From Camelus ferus (taxonomy: Eukaryota), in contig NC_045697.1 of the NCBI RefSeq assembly GCF_009834535.1, positions 11,286,001 through 11,350,000 on the forward strand: 64,000 nucleotides of DNA, given 5' to 3'. A program made the position numbers and the translations under genes. Positions 40,321 to 53,200 of the stretch are shown here, one piece after another. The first letter of the stretch is position 1. Each line of letters starts with the position of its first letter. The notes beneath the pieces are model-generated. The model saw nothing but the letters and a program-made list of their open reading frames with translations. It did not search any database and was not told where the DNA came from.

Positions 40321-40832
40321 GAGAGACTTCCCTTTACCCCTCTCTCTAAGTGCCCACCCCCATCCCAGCCACCCTCCAACCTCTCGTCCCATTTTATTTT
40401 CACTCAAAGGCCTTATCATCACATGGAAGTATAATTGTTGTTCTAGCCCAACAGGATATCTCCAGGGGACTGGGTGATAAGAGCTGGAGGAAAGGAACGG
40501 TGATTGTGCAGAATTTTTTTTTCCTAAGTGCCATTTAAAAACAATCAATACACAAAAAGGCATCAATATGGAAAATACACTTGATACAAGGTTAATGAAA
40601 ACGTAGGTTCCAAACAGCACACTTGACAATGACACAGGAAAGGATTAGGATAAAACAAACAAATAAGAAATTTAGGTGATACAATAATAAGGAATAGTTT
40701 TCCTTTGCTTTTCAAAATTCTGTACACTACTTTATATCACTTTATGAATCTTTAGAACACATTTAATAAATAAAATAAATACATAAGTATATAAATCAAC
40801 TAGATCTAATAAATAAAAGATAATGGTAAATT

Positions 40833-41117
40833 TACAGGTACCGAAAACAAACCATGGTTATCAGGGGAAAGGGTAGGGAGAGAGAAATTAAGTTTGAGAT
40901 TTGCAGATAATAATTAATATATATATATAATAGATAAGCAACAAGTTTATACTGTATAGCACAGGGAACTATATTCAATATCTTGTAGTAACTTATGGTG
41001 AAAAAGAATATGAAAATGAATATATGTATGTTCTTATATGACTGAATTATTGTGCTGTACACCAGAAATTGATACAAGATTGTAAACTGACTATACTTCA
41101 ATTAAAAAAAAAAAAAA
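40833..41117 (+). mobile_element. Young 5'-truncated L1 3' UTR with poly(A)
   Basis: 'gaaaacaaaccatggttatcaggggaaa...actgtatagcacagggaactatattcaatatcttgta...ctatacttcaattaaaaaa'. Confidence 0.9.
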
Positions 41118-41196
41118 CTAAAATGGGAAAGAATCTGAAAAGAAATATATCAAATGGAGGTGGTGTTATCAACCGACCCTGTTCCAAGAGAGAGGC

Positions 41197-41563
41197 TGCT
41201 ATGGACTTCATGTTTGTGTCCCCCCAAAACTCATCCATTGAAATCTTAATCTCACAATGTGATGGTACTTGGAGATGGAGCCTCTGGGAAGGTGACAAGT
41301 TCAAGAGGGTGGAGCCCCCGTGATGGGATTAGTGTTCTCACCAGAAGAAAGACACTAAACTAGAGGCTGCTCTCTCACCTATGTGAAGGTAAATGAGAAG
41401 GCAGCTCTCTACAAGCCAGGAAGTGTGTCTCCTCAGGCCCCAGGTCTGCCAGTGCCTTGATCTTGGACTTCCCAGCCTCCAGAACCAAGAGAAATGAATA
41501 TTTGTTGTTTAAGCCACCTTCTCTTTTATATTTTTGTGATAGAAACCCAAACTGACTAAGACA
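41197..41563 (+). mobile_element. Solo MaLR LTR, MLT1A-type
   Basis: TG...CA termini ('tgctatggac' ... 'actgactaagaca'); 'tcttggacttcccagcctccagaac'; near-TSD gaggc/ggggc. Confidence 0.9.
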
Positions 41564-42869
41564 GGGGCGGTTCTAAAGAGAAAGTGAACTCATAGGTATG
41601 ATGGGGCTTCTAAAACACAGTAATGTTGTATGAACACTACATAACAGTATTAACTCATCTAAGTCTAATAACATCCTGGTAAGGTAGTTACTATCACAAT
41701 CACCCTGCATTTCAAAGTGAGGGCATGGACTCATAATCAGTTGGATAACTTGGCCAAGGAATGGTTGGCCTGGAGTTTAAATGCAGACAGTCTGCTCCTA
41801 GGGCTTGAAATTGTAACAACTACACTGTGAGTGTTTCTAAAACTTATTATTATTGAGCAGGAAGTTCCTAAGTCACAAGGGAACAGTTCAGCTTCTTCAT
41901 CCCTTGAGTTTGGAGCTGGTAATAACTGACCCATAGATGTTCACTCTCCCCAGGATACCTTCCATCATCCTCCATCTTAATAATCTAAGGAGTGCCCAGC
42001 TTTTTGGTTCCAAACCTGGAAGTGGTCTCAGTGGTTAATGTGGAGACTCAAGAGCAGTTCTCGGGCCGTCCCTTGAGTCTGTTTCCCCCTGCAAACTTTT
42101 CTCAACCAGGCATCTCAGTCTTTGAGGACTTGTTTATTCAGAGTGACAGTGACATGAGGTGATATGAGCCAGTGTTCAAGATGGACTGCCAGCCAGTAAC
42201 AAACCTGGAAATGAAGGGGGCTGCTCCTTACTATCCCCAAATGCTTAACTGGAAAAAGCAAGTCACTGGGTTTTTTACAAGACGGCTGCAGGACCCTAAA
42301 TTCAGAAGCAAGTAGGAGGTGCAGAAGATGCCGTGGGTTCACAGGGTTTGGAAAACTAACCACATACATATCAATATGGCGGACATGCTGAAAAAGCCTG
42401 GGAGTCCCCAGACAGATGGTCAACTAGGCAACAAGACCTGCCACAATCACTGTAAGAAAAAGATGTGAAGTCTCATCCAGATTCAGAGATGGTTAGAATT
42501 GGAAGGAAGCCTGAGTATCACATTAGTCCAACTGCCTAATCTTAGATGAGAAAAGAGACAGCCGGGGACAAGTGGCCCCTCCAAAGTCGTGTAGCTGATT
42601 GGGGTGGGCATCTTTGTTGGGGGTGGTGTGTGCGGTCGAGGGTGGCCTCACTGGAGGGCATAGTTCTCTGTAGTCACTCCCCCTCCCCTTAAAAATGACC
42701 CGTCTACCAGGCACAAAGACCCTTTCTGATCTGGCCTCAATGTCTCCGCTGCCCACCTCCCTCCTCATGTCCACTCCCGACCCACAACCCTGTACCCCAG
42801 GCTTTCCCGCCTGACGGTCCTCCTCACACCCTCTGGCTCTGCCGTCCTTCAGTGTCCACACGTCTCACT

Positions 42870-43746
42870 CTGCAGGGCGCTGGAGCCAGCCCCGATCAGC
42901 TCACCTAGTGCTACATTTTCAGGAATTTTGTGAGACAGTTGTTCATTTACAGTTAAATACATTATATTAAAAACAAAGGCAGTAAATGCTCAAAACTTCC
43001 AAATTATTTTGCTCCACTTCACTGTTACCTGAGTTCTTGAGGTTACTTATCCTATGGTACCTCCATGGTGGAACCATCCATGCCGTGGGCATCTCTTCCC
43101 AGATGCCGCGTTCAGTGACTTCTCGTTAACAGCTTGAAGGTGGCCACAGGGGGAGTATTCACACCCGATAAACTGGAAAATGCTACAAATCAGGGCTTGA
43201 TGTTTTGTTTTGATGACTGTCTGGGCTCACAAAAGTGATGGACAAAAACACGGATAAGGCAGATTAAGCATAAAAGTGTGTCTTGTCGGTAACCATTACA
43301 CTGTGAATGGCACATTGGTGGAAATATTCTTCCAATATTTAAAAACCACTATCTTATTCAGAAGAGAAGTAACTCATGCCATTGGTGAATGAGAAAAATT
43401 CAGATATTCATCTCTGCTGTTTCACTTTCTTTTTACTCATTAATGTGAAAGAAAGCATCAGCCAGCTTTCATAGCAGAACTCCTCCTATCAATTAAAATT
43501 ACAGTTCGGCTAGGGATACAAGAGTTCAGCACAAATCAACGAAAGCATTTTGGGAGAATGAATTGGCTCCGTGGAATTTATAACAAACAGCATTGTATAT
43601 TTAATTCTTATTCATAAACTGTGAACTATAAATCTTTCTATCAGTTAAATTTATCACAAACATACGTATATACATGGTTCCTGATTTATTTGTTTTTATT
43701 TTATTTTTAGAGAGCCAGTTGTTAAATAGCTACCCACACCCCAGTG
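42870..43746. mobile_element. hAT-Blackjack MER63C/D-like element (~870 bp)
   Basis: 'gctggagccagc...catctcttcccag...gcgttcagtgac...gggagtattcacacc...gctacaaatcagggct...agagccagttgttaaa'. Confidence 0.8.
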
Positions 43747-43749
43747 GTG

Positions 43750-44070
43750 TCACCCCGACACTTTGTCTGGGTCTTTGCTCAAATTCTATCTCCTTGGAGA
43801 AGTCTTCACAAGTCACATTAGTGGGGTTCACTGCAGCTCTCCCTCCCTTGACTCCACTTTGTCGTCATAGTATTTTCTCACGATCTATCACTGTATCATA
43901 TATGTGTCTGTTTATCTGTCATCTGGCTCCTGTACTGAACTGTGAGTTCTAAAATGGCAAACAAAACAGAACACACTTTATCTGGGGGGCATGGCTCCTT
44001 TTCCCCTGCGCTGAGAATAGATGCCTGGTATACAGCGAGCACTGAAATATTTTTGAAAAAATGAATGAGT
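43750..44070 (+). mobile_element. LINE-2 3' end
   Basis: 'ctttgctcaaatt...gaactgtgagttc...gatgcctggtatacag...aatgaatgag'. Confidence 0.65.
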
Positions 44071-45159
44071 GCAAAAGGTCTTCTCAGATTCTTAGGTAAA
44101 TTCATGGCATCTTTTGTTGTAAATAAATGCAGGCAGCACTCCAAACCCCTCTCCTAGTGTTACAATCAAGAGGAACATTTGCAAGTAGTCTAGAAATCAG
44201 TACAAGGGAAAGAAAAGAAAAAAGATCTTATAGCTTCTGATCACTGTTGTGTAACTAGCTTCTTACTATTATTTCACTTTCAATATTGTTCAGCAAAAGA
44301 TGACAAGATCTACAATGATGTTTCTTATGACTTCTATAAAAAGGGAGGGAAGGCAAAAGACCCATTGAATTTGAACCAAGACTGCCCAGATCACTTGTGG
44401 GGTAACTTTCCTGTTTCAAAGGCCACATTCTAAGAGTTCCGTTGACAACCCAGTGGCCAGGGAAGGCAGTCAGGCCAGGGAGATGCTTGCTGTCCAACGG
44501 GGAGCCAGATAAGCCAAGAGGTCAGTTGGTAAAAATGTCATGAAGGAGACTGGCACGTGTGTTTCTGGGGCACTTGAACAGCTGAGCCCCTCGGGTATAT
44601 TTAGCCCAACAATGGGAAGACCTAGAGGCGTGCATTAATTATCTCCCAATATTTGGAGAGTGGAGGGCAAGCTGACAAAAGATAGAATGAACTTGGTCTG
44701 TACAAGCTTAGAAAATGACTTCTGATTGAAAGCGACTAAAAGAATTAAGTTTAATCTTTCATATTCCTTTTAACAATTCGAACCTCAGACAATAGGATGG
44801 ATTGCATCAAAAGGATGCCCAAGTGTTGAAGACACTAGAACAGAGGGAGGGTGAGGGAGGGTGAGGGAGGACCGAAAAGAGAATCTGACATCCAGCCTGT
44901 GGTTAACCTTGGCTGTGGTAATGGTTTCTATTCAACTGGAGATTTTATGACAAAACAAGGTCTTTGTCTTTATGCTTTCAACACTCGGCTTTATTCCTTA
45001 AAAAAACTAAACAAACAAAAATTTCTTGAATTCTAAAAATGTTTTCTAAAAAATAATAGTTTAATATTATTTTATATCATATTGTTTAGCCTGTTTAGTC
45101 TTAAAACTTGATATTCTGGGAAAACAGCAGTGGTGGTTGAACAAGTTTTTTTAAATGAT

Positions 45160-45520
45160 TTGATTCAGGTATAATCTACAAGCCATAAAAAGCACACGTT
45201 TTCATTTTTAGTACATTTACCAAGTTGTACAGTCATCGCCACAACCCTTTTCAGCTCATTTCCCTTCTGACTATTGGAGGGTAGGGACCCCTGTTCCTAC
45301 CTCATCCCACCCACATAGTCATATAATACATAGCCTTTGTAGCAGATTTCCTTCATTTAGCATATTTTTGAAGTTCATCCTTGCTGTAGCATGTATTATC
45401 TTTTTTTTTATGGCTTCGAAGTATTGCATTGCATAGGTATGCCACATTTTGTTTATCCATTCACCAGTTAATGGACATTTGAGTTATTTCTGTTTGAGTT
45501 ATTTTTTCTGACTGTTACAA
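45160..45520 (-). mobile_element. Old L1M fragment
   Basis: 'tttgaagttcatccttgctgtagcatgtat...ccacattttgtttatccattcaccagttaatggacatttg'. Confidence 0.8.
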
Positions 45521-46155
45521 ACAATGACAGCAACATTTTTAAATACCTCCAACTCCCCACATAAGCCAGACAGAGTTGCACAATACCAAAAACCCATGGA
45601 AAACATTTACAACAAAGTTAGGTAGCAAGACCAAAAACACTTTCATTATTGATATATATATATAAGCATGGATTGGAAAACAGCAAAGTCCAGTTTTATA
45701 TCGTATTTAATGAAAAAATATTTAGAACATATTTTTAAAGTTAGAAAGCAGGTTACAAAATAATAAGTGCAGTGAAATCCCAAATATTTATATCTATACA
45801 TGATTACATAATTCTAAGGTGCACATCTTTTCCAGTATCAGTGGCTGGGAAGTCTCAATGCATGCTTTACAAGAGGACTTTAATTCACTGTCTTTGTCAG
45901 GCCATCACTGTCATTGCACATGCGCCAATGTTAAAAACAGAAGCATCATAATTTGCAGATTAGGTGTGAATGACTTGGAAGAAAATGAAAAACAAATGGA
46001 TCACTCTCTCACCTCTCGGAATCGGATGGTTCAAGGTAAGAGTCAAGGAGACTGTGCATCCAACGAGATTAGCTACATTCCTGAAACCCGAATTTAAACT
46101 TCGGCAAGCTCTATGTAATGCAAAGTCTGTTCAGAGCTCAGCACCGATGGTTTTT

Positions 46156-46320
46156 TTTTTTTTAATAATCTTTATGTCTCCATTTATTTTTATTTAGTGG
46201 TTTTTTTAGGTGGGGGTGACTAGGTTTATTTATTTATTTTTAGAGGAGGTACTGGGGGTTGAACCCAGGACCTTGTGCATGCTAAGCATGTGCTCTGCCA
46301 CTTGAGGTATACCCTCCCCT
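46156..46320 (-). mobile_element. Camelid tRNA-derived SINE (vic-1 type)
   Basis: 'ggaggtactgggggttgaacccaggaccttgtgcatgctaagcatgtgctctgccacttgaggtataccctcccct'; TSD 'cgatggttttt' on both sides. Confidence 0.92.
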
Positions 46321-47879
46321 ACGATGGTTTTTATTTTTATTTTTATTTAATTTGTACTCCTGTTGATATATGCACAAGAGTGAGATTGGATTTAAAAAGG
46401 CAAAGTCTGAAAGAACTTTTTCAATAAGTATATAATAAAAATCCTATGTGATAAGAAAAAGTGACATGAACTTCAAGACACAGGCAGGCAGGATAGGCCA
46501 TCGAGAGCCACAAGATATACGTTAATAGGGTCCATCCAGGAAGCAACGGAAGGAAGCTATGGGCTATCTGACGGCCCCAAAAATACGTGAACCAAAAATA
46601 ACCAATAGGTTTTTGCTGGAAAGTGAGGCAGGCCAGTTTGAAAATAGCAGCTGAAACTGGTAGGGAAAATGCCAGAAAGTTATTAACCATAAAGTCCATT
46701 AATAACTATCCATGGAAGGGAGTTGTGACTAGGACAGGGTTTCTGGGCTGGTGGCAAAATTCTGATCTCTGTTGTAGCCAAAATATCTCATTCTACCACC
46801 TTCAGCTATACAAAATTAACTGATTTCAAAAGAAATTCTGAGAGATTACCATGGTTACTTGATAAAAAGCAGCCCTATGCCCTCCTCCAGACCCTCCGTA
46901 TCAAAGAGTCGGAGATCAAAGCCAAGGAATACTAAAGATCGTTCAAGTTTATGGGGGAAAAACTTATGATTAATTTCACCAAAAGTTATTTTTCAAAATC
47001 AACTGCATTTTAGAATGAATCATACATTTAGTCAGTACCAACATCTCTTCCAATTTTATAAAAGAAAATTTTGTTCAATAAAAGAGTCTCTATCTAGAGC
47101 CATCTCCTGATCTATACCGATACGGAGGAGGCCTCCCTGTTTCTCGGTGATGACTCAGAGCTCTCCACCAGAAGGGCTGGGAAGGGCTCAGAGCAAGGAG
47201 ACATCCTGTTATGTAAGCCCACAGCCAAAGACAGGCCGTCTCCAGGGAAGACAGCCGAAGTGGAGTCTAATTTGGGGAGGGGGGGTGCTTCCTTATGAAA
47301 GCAACTCATCTATAGCAATCCATATAAAGAGCTTTAGCATCCATGAAGAACCCCACATCCTCCTCCTCCCACTCCAATTTGAGACATCAAAAACCCTTAG
47401 TAGCAGGTAAGGGATGCATCATAGGAGGACAATGAAGTTCAAGGAGGGAGGCCAGGTGCATAGAAGTAGTGGGCTGGGGCTCTGACCCACATCTTTACCT
47501 CCAGTCCCACCACCCTCCTAATGGGCCTTTCCACAACCAATTCAAAACCACAAAATCACCTTGTTTTAGAGGCACTGCAGGTTTGGATAAACTGACTATG
47601 GAGACAGAAATTCTTAAGTATCCTTCATGCAACAAGTTCGTAAACATTTAGTATTCTGAATCTATTTCTTTCTCTGAAACACCTATCAAGTTGATTGATA
47701 ATTTATGCAAGGATGATGTTCTGTAACATTTAAATCTAGGGGTGCATACCTCTGCCCTAACATCACCTCTGATTTTTCCTACCTCATTTTCCTTAAAGGA
47801 GTCAAAACTTGGTATATACAAAAGAGTTACAGCACCTAAAGCTGAAGTTTAAAAGAGAAAGAGCTGTGAGGGTCACTGA

Positions 47880-48060
47880 ACGGATCTGTATTGCACCTGC
47901 TCTATATAGGATTTTTCTCTACTAATAGACGATTAAATGTAAATCCTGATGTACATTCCGTTTTACATGCAATATGGGTTAGTTACTGTTGCTATGGAAA
48001 CCTTCACTTTCGCATTTACTGATTTTAATTCTGTGACATTTGCTGACTTTAGTACAATGT
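47880..48060. promoter_or_regulatory. Candidate enhancer with RFX X-box
   Basis: GTTGCTATGGAAAC (47988-48001), adjacent IRF-like TTCACTTT, TEAD-like ACATTCC (47953). Confidence 0.4.
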
Positions 48061-50869
48061 AAAGTTTATAAATATAACATACAGGTTTGCAGAGGGTTTT
48101 TTTAAGTGTTCAATTTGCATAGGTCATTCCATCACACGTCTCAAGGGAAAAGGCGTTAAACTGATGCCAACTAAGAGTAATCATTAAACAACAAGCTATT
48201 TCCAGAAATAAATATTTCCATCGATCCTCAAAAATCTCCTTTCACTAACCAAACACCCCATCCATTGTATAAGTCTTCTCACCACTGATTCAGTGATAAT
48301 TTCCCAGTGTGAAATTTGTAAAGTCATTTTATTTATTCAAAACATTTCCCCATATTATCTCATTTTACCTTTAACATTAACCTGAGGAGAGACAGGCCAG
48401 ATGTGGTTTAAAGAAAGAAATGACCTCACTTTAGGGACCGTTTCCAATCCAGGGCAAACAACCCTTTGACTTTCAACTGGATCTTCAAGGGGATCATTGC
48501 TGACAAACCATCTTATTTTCCTTTTTATTCCCAGTCTTAGTCATCTTTGCATCTTTGGAATCTCTCATGGTTTCCATACGTGGAATAAATGCATGCTCTC
48601 TAAATGTCCCTACATTTTTTTTTTTATTCCCTGAGTATTGCCACTTGACAAATATAGAAACTGAGACCTGTAATCACAATGCAAAAACATCCAAAGTCAC
48701 CCAGCAACTAATTCAAAAAGTAAGTGCACCTATAGGAATTGAATGAACTGACGTTCATGTATGATGAGCACCCAATACTTTTGAGGTATTCCCACCGGCA
48801 TGGGTGAAAATCTACCTCCCTGTCACAGAGTCACTGCAAAATAAATTATTCTGTGAGTGTCCCCAGGGAGAGCCTGGATTCAGGTAGCCGTACCCATATG
48901 TATATAAATATAAAAGAGAGCATGTAGGCAAAGCACTTTAAGTGGTTCCACCAAAGTCTGCACATTCAACAAAGGGAACAAATTTAACCAACATTTATTG
49001 AGCTTCTATGTTGAGTCGGACACTGCTCAGCAAAATTAGAGTGGTGAAGGGTATAGAGTTGTGCTGGAGAAGGGAAGAAGGGATGAAAGCAAGCTGTAAT
49101 GCCATGCTTCAGGCTTACCGGGAGGAGGAAGACAGGCCAGCAAAATGGCAAATGGGCTTAAGAGAATCACAAGAGCTTTTCAAAGACAAGAGGCACTTGA
49201 GAGAAAACCGACCACTAATAACCAAGAAGAAACAGGGAAATAATGAGACTCAAAAACGGGGAAAGAGAATAAACTCTTAATCAATCTTTGCTTTAAAAAA
49301 ATAAAAAGAATGTTGAACAAACTGGTGAGCGCTGAAGATGCTGTGAAAGTAGAAGCTAATCAAAAGTAGGCAGAGGGAAGGGGCTTGGGAAATGCACAGC
49401 TCAGAACGCACAGCTTGGCGGAGGCAGAGAGGGCTATGAAGGAATTTAATGGAACTGATGGACCGGAAGGATGCTGTTACAGCTGTTTCAAGTGGATTCT
49501 GGGAAGCAGGTAGAGTGAACATCATTAAACTGAACACTGATTTTGGGCTTGAGGACACAAGTACATGCTGTTGGCAGGAATGGGTAGAGGGGAAATCTGG
49601 GTAGAGCGTCCCTACTGTTATTCCGGTAACCCTAGAGTTAGGCTGGAGACCTCTCTTACCCAAGGCCCTCCATCGCCAATCCATCATCAAGTACTGCTCC
49701 ATGCACACTCATCTGTGCCCCCTCCCAGTATGGACATTGATCCAATTCATTATGACTTTTTACCTGGAAAACTGTAATATCCTTCTCTAACTTGTCTTTT
49801 TGCTGCTGCTATTAAAGCCTTCCAAATCATTCTCCATTCAGCAGCCTGAGTGATGTTTTCAAAATACCATTAAAATGATTATATTCTGTGGACAGGGGAC
49901 CCAAGCATGGAAAGCAGTGCAGGTAGAATACCGCCTCCTTCAGGAAATATGCAGCTGTCTTCAGACCTGTAGAGACTTCCCCGAGCAGAGGTCAGCCAAC
50001 CCCATCTTATTCCTGCCCCGGATCAGCCTCTCGACCCTTTGTTCCCTCCTACTGGGATGCCCTTTTTCTGTTTCAACAAATCCTAATAATAATCCCTAAT
50101 GGGACCAATCCAATTCCAACCTTCTCCATACCACATGGCAGAAACATTCTACTGTATTCATTGTATTCTAAGGACAATTTAGCCCTGCCTTTAAATTCTT
50201 CATGTGTTCAGTTGATATATCGTGAGTATCAATCAGATTCTAGGTCCTATGTTAAACCCTGGGTGACTAAATTAAACAAAAATCGTCCTATTTGTACAGT
50301 TGGGCGGTTTCTGCTCTGCAAAAAGGCTGTTGGCCGAGGAAATAAGGAGGAGAGAGCTGAAACCCAAAACACTTTGCCAAGCCCTTTGGGGCTAGGGTCC
50401 GCCAGGAAGACCAGAAAGCTTTCTCTTTGCACAAAAAGGCTGTAGGCCCACCCAGAGGGCACACCTTTTACTAATTCACAGAAGCATGTCCTATAGGCCG
50501 CTGTGCCTAGAAAGACAGACAGACACTGTGCTTGTCTGTGTATTTAAACCCCGGGGCCTGCTTCTTTTCTCATACCCTATTCAGCCAAGAAAGGTCTGGA
50601 GCATCTCTTTTGCAGTGAGCCCTGGGAATTGTGTTGCTGGATACAAAGATGAGCCAGCCATGGTCCCTGACCCCAGAAGGCCATGGTGACGTGAACTCAC
50701 AGTGGATGCTCTGTGTACACATACTGGGTCCCACCTAGGAACCAAAGTCATCACCAATGACAGGGCTTCAGTTGTGCCTCATGTTATGATCCAAGGGCTG
50801 CTTGAACTTTCCTGGGCCTCAGTTTCTCCATCTGTAAAGTGGGGCACTGTCTGGAGAATGTGTAGAATT

Positions 50870-51110
50870 GAGGGGTGAAAATCAGCTCTGGACTTGGGTG
50901 CACCCAGGATGAAGCCATCATGGGACTCTTCACTGCTGTGAAACTCAGGGCTAATGACTAAGCGTCTCTCAGCCTCAGTTTCCTCATCTGAAAAATGGAC
51001 ATAATAATCCTACTTCCTGTACTGCTCTGCAGCCTTATGGAGACAGTAAAATAAAGCATTCAACTGTGAGACTGACATGCGGCTAACACCCACTAAGTGG
51101 ACAGTGTGAT
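50870..51110 (+). mobile_element. MIR SINE
   Basis: 'ctctcagcctcagtttcctcatctgaaaaatggacataataatcctac'. Confidence 0.8.
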
Positions 51111-51352
51111 TCTCATCTTTCCTTATCTTGAATTTTTGAGATACTACTTTCTTTTTTTCATCCAGTCCCCTGCCCTCAGTTTTATGGGTCCCTAACTACT
51201 CAAGGCTTTGCATGATCTGTTTTCTTCCTAAACTCCTCTCAATACTTTCTAGCTATATACCATAGTTGGAGGAGGGTTTTTTTTTTTTTTAAAGATTCAT
51301 CAAGTGAAAACTTGGAAGTTTCATAAAAATTACTATGATTAACTCTTTGGAA

Positions 51353-51473
51353 GGGGAGGGTATAGTTCAGTGGTGGAGCACATGCCTAGCATGCAGTGAG
51401 GTCCTGGGTTCAATGCCCAGTACTTCCATTGAATGAATGAATGAATGAATGAATGAATGAATGAATGAATGAA

Positions 51474-51505
<32 letters not shown>

Positions 51506-51685
51506 GTAATTAAGTAATCACTCCCATCCCATCCCCACCCCCACCCCCCCCAAAAAGAGGGGGAGGGTATAACTCAGTGGTATTGTGCACGAGGTCCTGG
51601 GTTCAATCCCTGGTATCTTCATTAAAATAAATAAATTAAAAAACTGAATCCCCCACCCCCTGCAAGAAAAAACAAAAAAAAAAAA
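51353..51685 (+). mobile_element. Tandem pair of camelid tRNA-derived SINEs with (GAAT)n(AAAT)n microsatellite
   Basis: Two 'ggggagggtata.ytcagtggt...gaggtcctgggttcaat' heads (51353, ~51560); 'ctctttgg' at 51343 and 51688. Confidence 0.9.
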
Positions 51686-52920
51686 TCCTCTTTGGTAAGG
51701 ATGAAATTTTCTACCCTATACACAGATAATTTCTCATGGTCTTGGGGAGAAAAAAAGGATTATTTTTGCCCTATCTCGGCTTTTTAAGTAGGCTTAGAGG
51801 AGTTCCCCTTTTCTTCCTTCCTCACCCAAGGTTTAGATTACAATAAATTTGGGGACCTGGTTGTAGCCATCATGAAGGCATTAATGCTGCATGGCTTTAT
51901 CTCTCTGTTTTGGGATGTTTAAGCAGCTTAATTCCTCTAAAGATCACTGGATATGCAGTGTCATCAAAAAGTTAGCAGTGCCCTAGATTAAAAATATGAA
52001 TATTTGGGTCACATTTTACCACATGATGGAAACAACTTAGAGCGTGAGCAGGTGCATGTGTGCGTGTGTCCCAATACCCTAGTCCCTGCTGGGATAACCT
52101 CCATCCTCACTGCTCTCAACAGCTCAGTCTTGCCCATAATGAATAGATGTTAGCTATCCATCTTCCCCGCCTAGGCTCTGAGCATCCTGAGGGCAGGGCT
52201 CTCTGGTAGTTCTCCATCACTGGGCACATAATAAAAAAAACGCAACAGGTTATTGAGGGATGAATGAAGGCAATCCCATCCCAGACACCGCAGGGTGCCA
52301 CCATGAATGTTACTTTTTAAATGGTTTTAAAATCAAAGCCATAATAAAGTAACAGCAGAGTTCTTTCTTCTCTCTTTTTCCTCTGCCTCCATTTAGAAAA
52401 AAATCACAGGAAATACAGAATTAGGACTGGAAACCATTCCGCGTCCATTCTCTCCCCACCTCCCCCAATCTCACCTTATACCAAGAGTATCTGGTATCTC
52501 TTCAAGGAGGCCTCCAGAGACCCGGTAATATTATATATGGTTGGGCTCCTTGGAAATACAATGGAGTGAATGAAGGCAGAGTTTTCAGTTTCTAACTATA
52601 AATGTCTTGACATCTTTTCCTTTCAGACAAACAGCTGGAAACATAAGAACTATATTTTAATGTTTATTTGTTTCAAATACAGTATTTTTTTTTCAACAAA
52701 TGAGAAGTTTTGAGCCTGGGAAAAAAATAGGTTTAAATCACCATCCTAGCAAGCAGTTTTTAAAATAGTACACACAAGTAATCATTTCAAAGCAGTTTAA
52801 TGCACTCAGCCAACAGGCATTAACAGTCTTTTTGGAATAACCTAACACCTTAAGCTTATTTTCGAGTCTTGGTTCAGATGATTTTTAACCTTTCTAAAAA
52901 AAAAAAAAAAACTAACTCAC

Positions 52921-53200
52921 GGTACAGGGCGCTTACTGAACTCTGTAATTTTAGTACATCCTGCATTTGCATTTTGAGGTTCTTTTATAAAGACCGGAAA
53001 AAACAAACCCCAGGCCTTCTCTTTCATGTGCAGGTTTTAAGACAATGGTGCCCGAGTGTGAGGAGGCGGAGGGGCGCTGCAGCTCCAGCCTGTGTGCAGA
53101 AAAGCAAGAAAAATCTTGCTGTGACTCAGCAAGGGAGGTGGGGGGAAAAGGGCGGGAGGCTCAGCGGAGAGCGTCAAGAACACGTTATTTACCTTGATTT
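52921..53200 (-). promoter_or_regulatory. Candidate alternative promoter and first exon with consensus ARE
   Basis: GTGACTCAGCA (53121-53131), GC box GGGCGG near 53150, local CpG enrichment, minus-strand donor ACC|gtgagt at 52921. Confidence 0.5.

Noticed and set aside
39542..40635. Overlapping long ORFs (179, 182 and 229 aa) on both strands
   Set aside because: Expected in GC-rich CpG-island sequence with few stop codons; no recognisable protein similarity
51353..51428. tRNA-Ala-like sequence (also at 27.4-27.5 kb and 46.2-46.3 kb)
   Set aside because: Diverged, with A-rich tails and TSDs, so SINEs rather than tRNA genes
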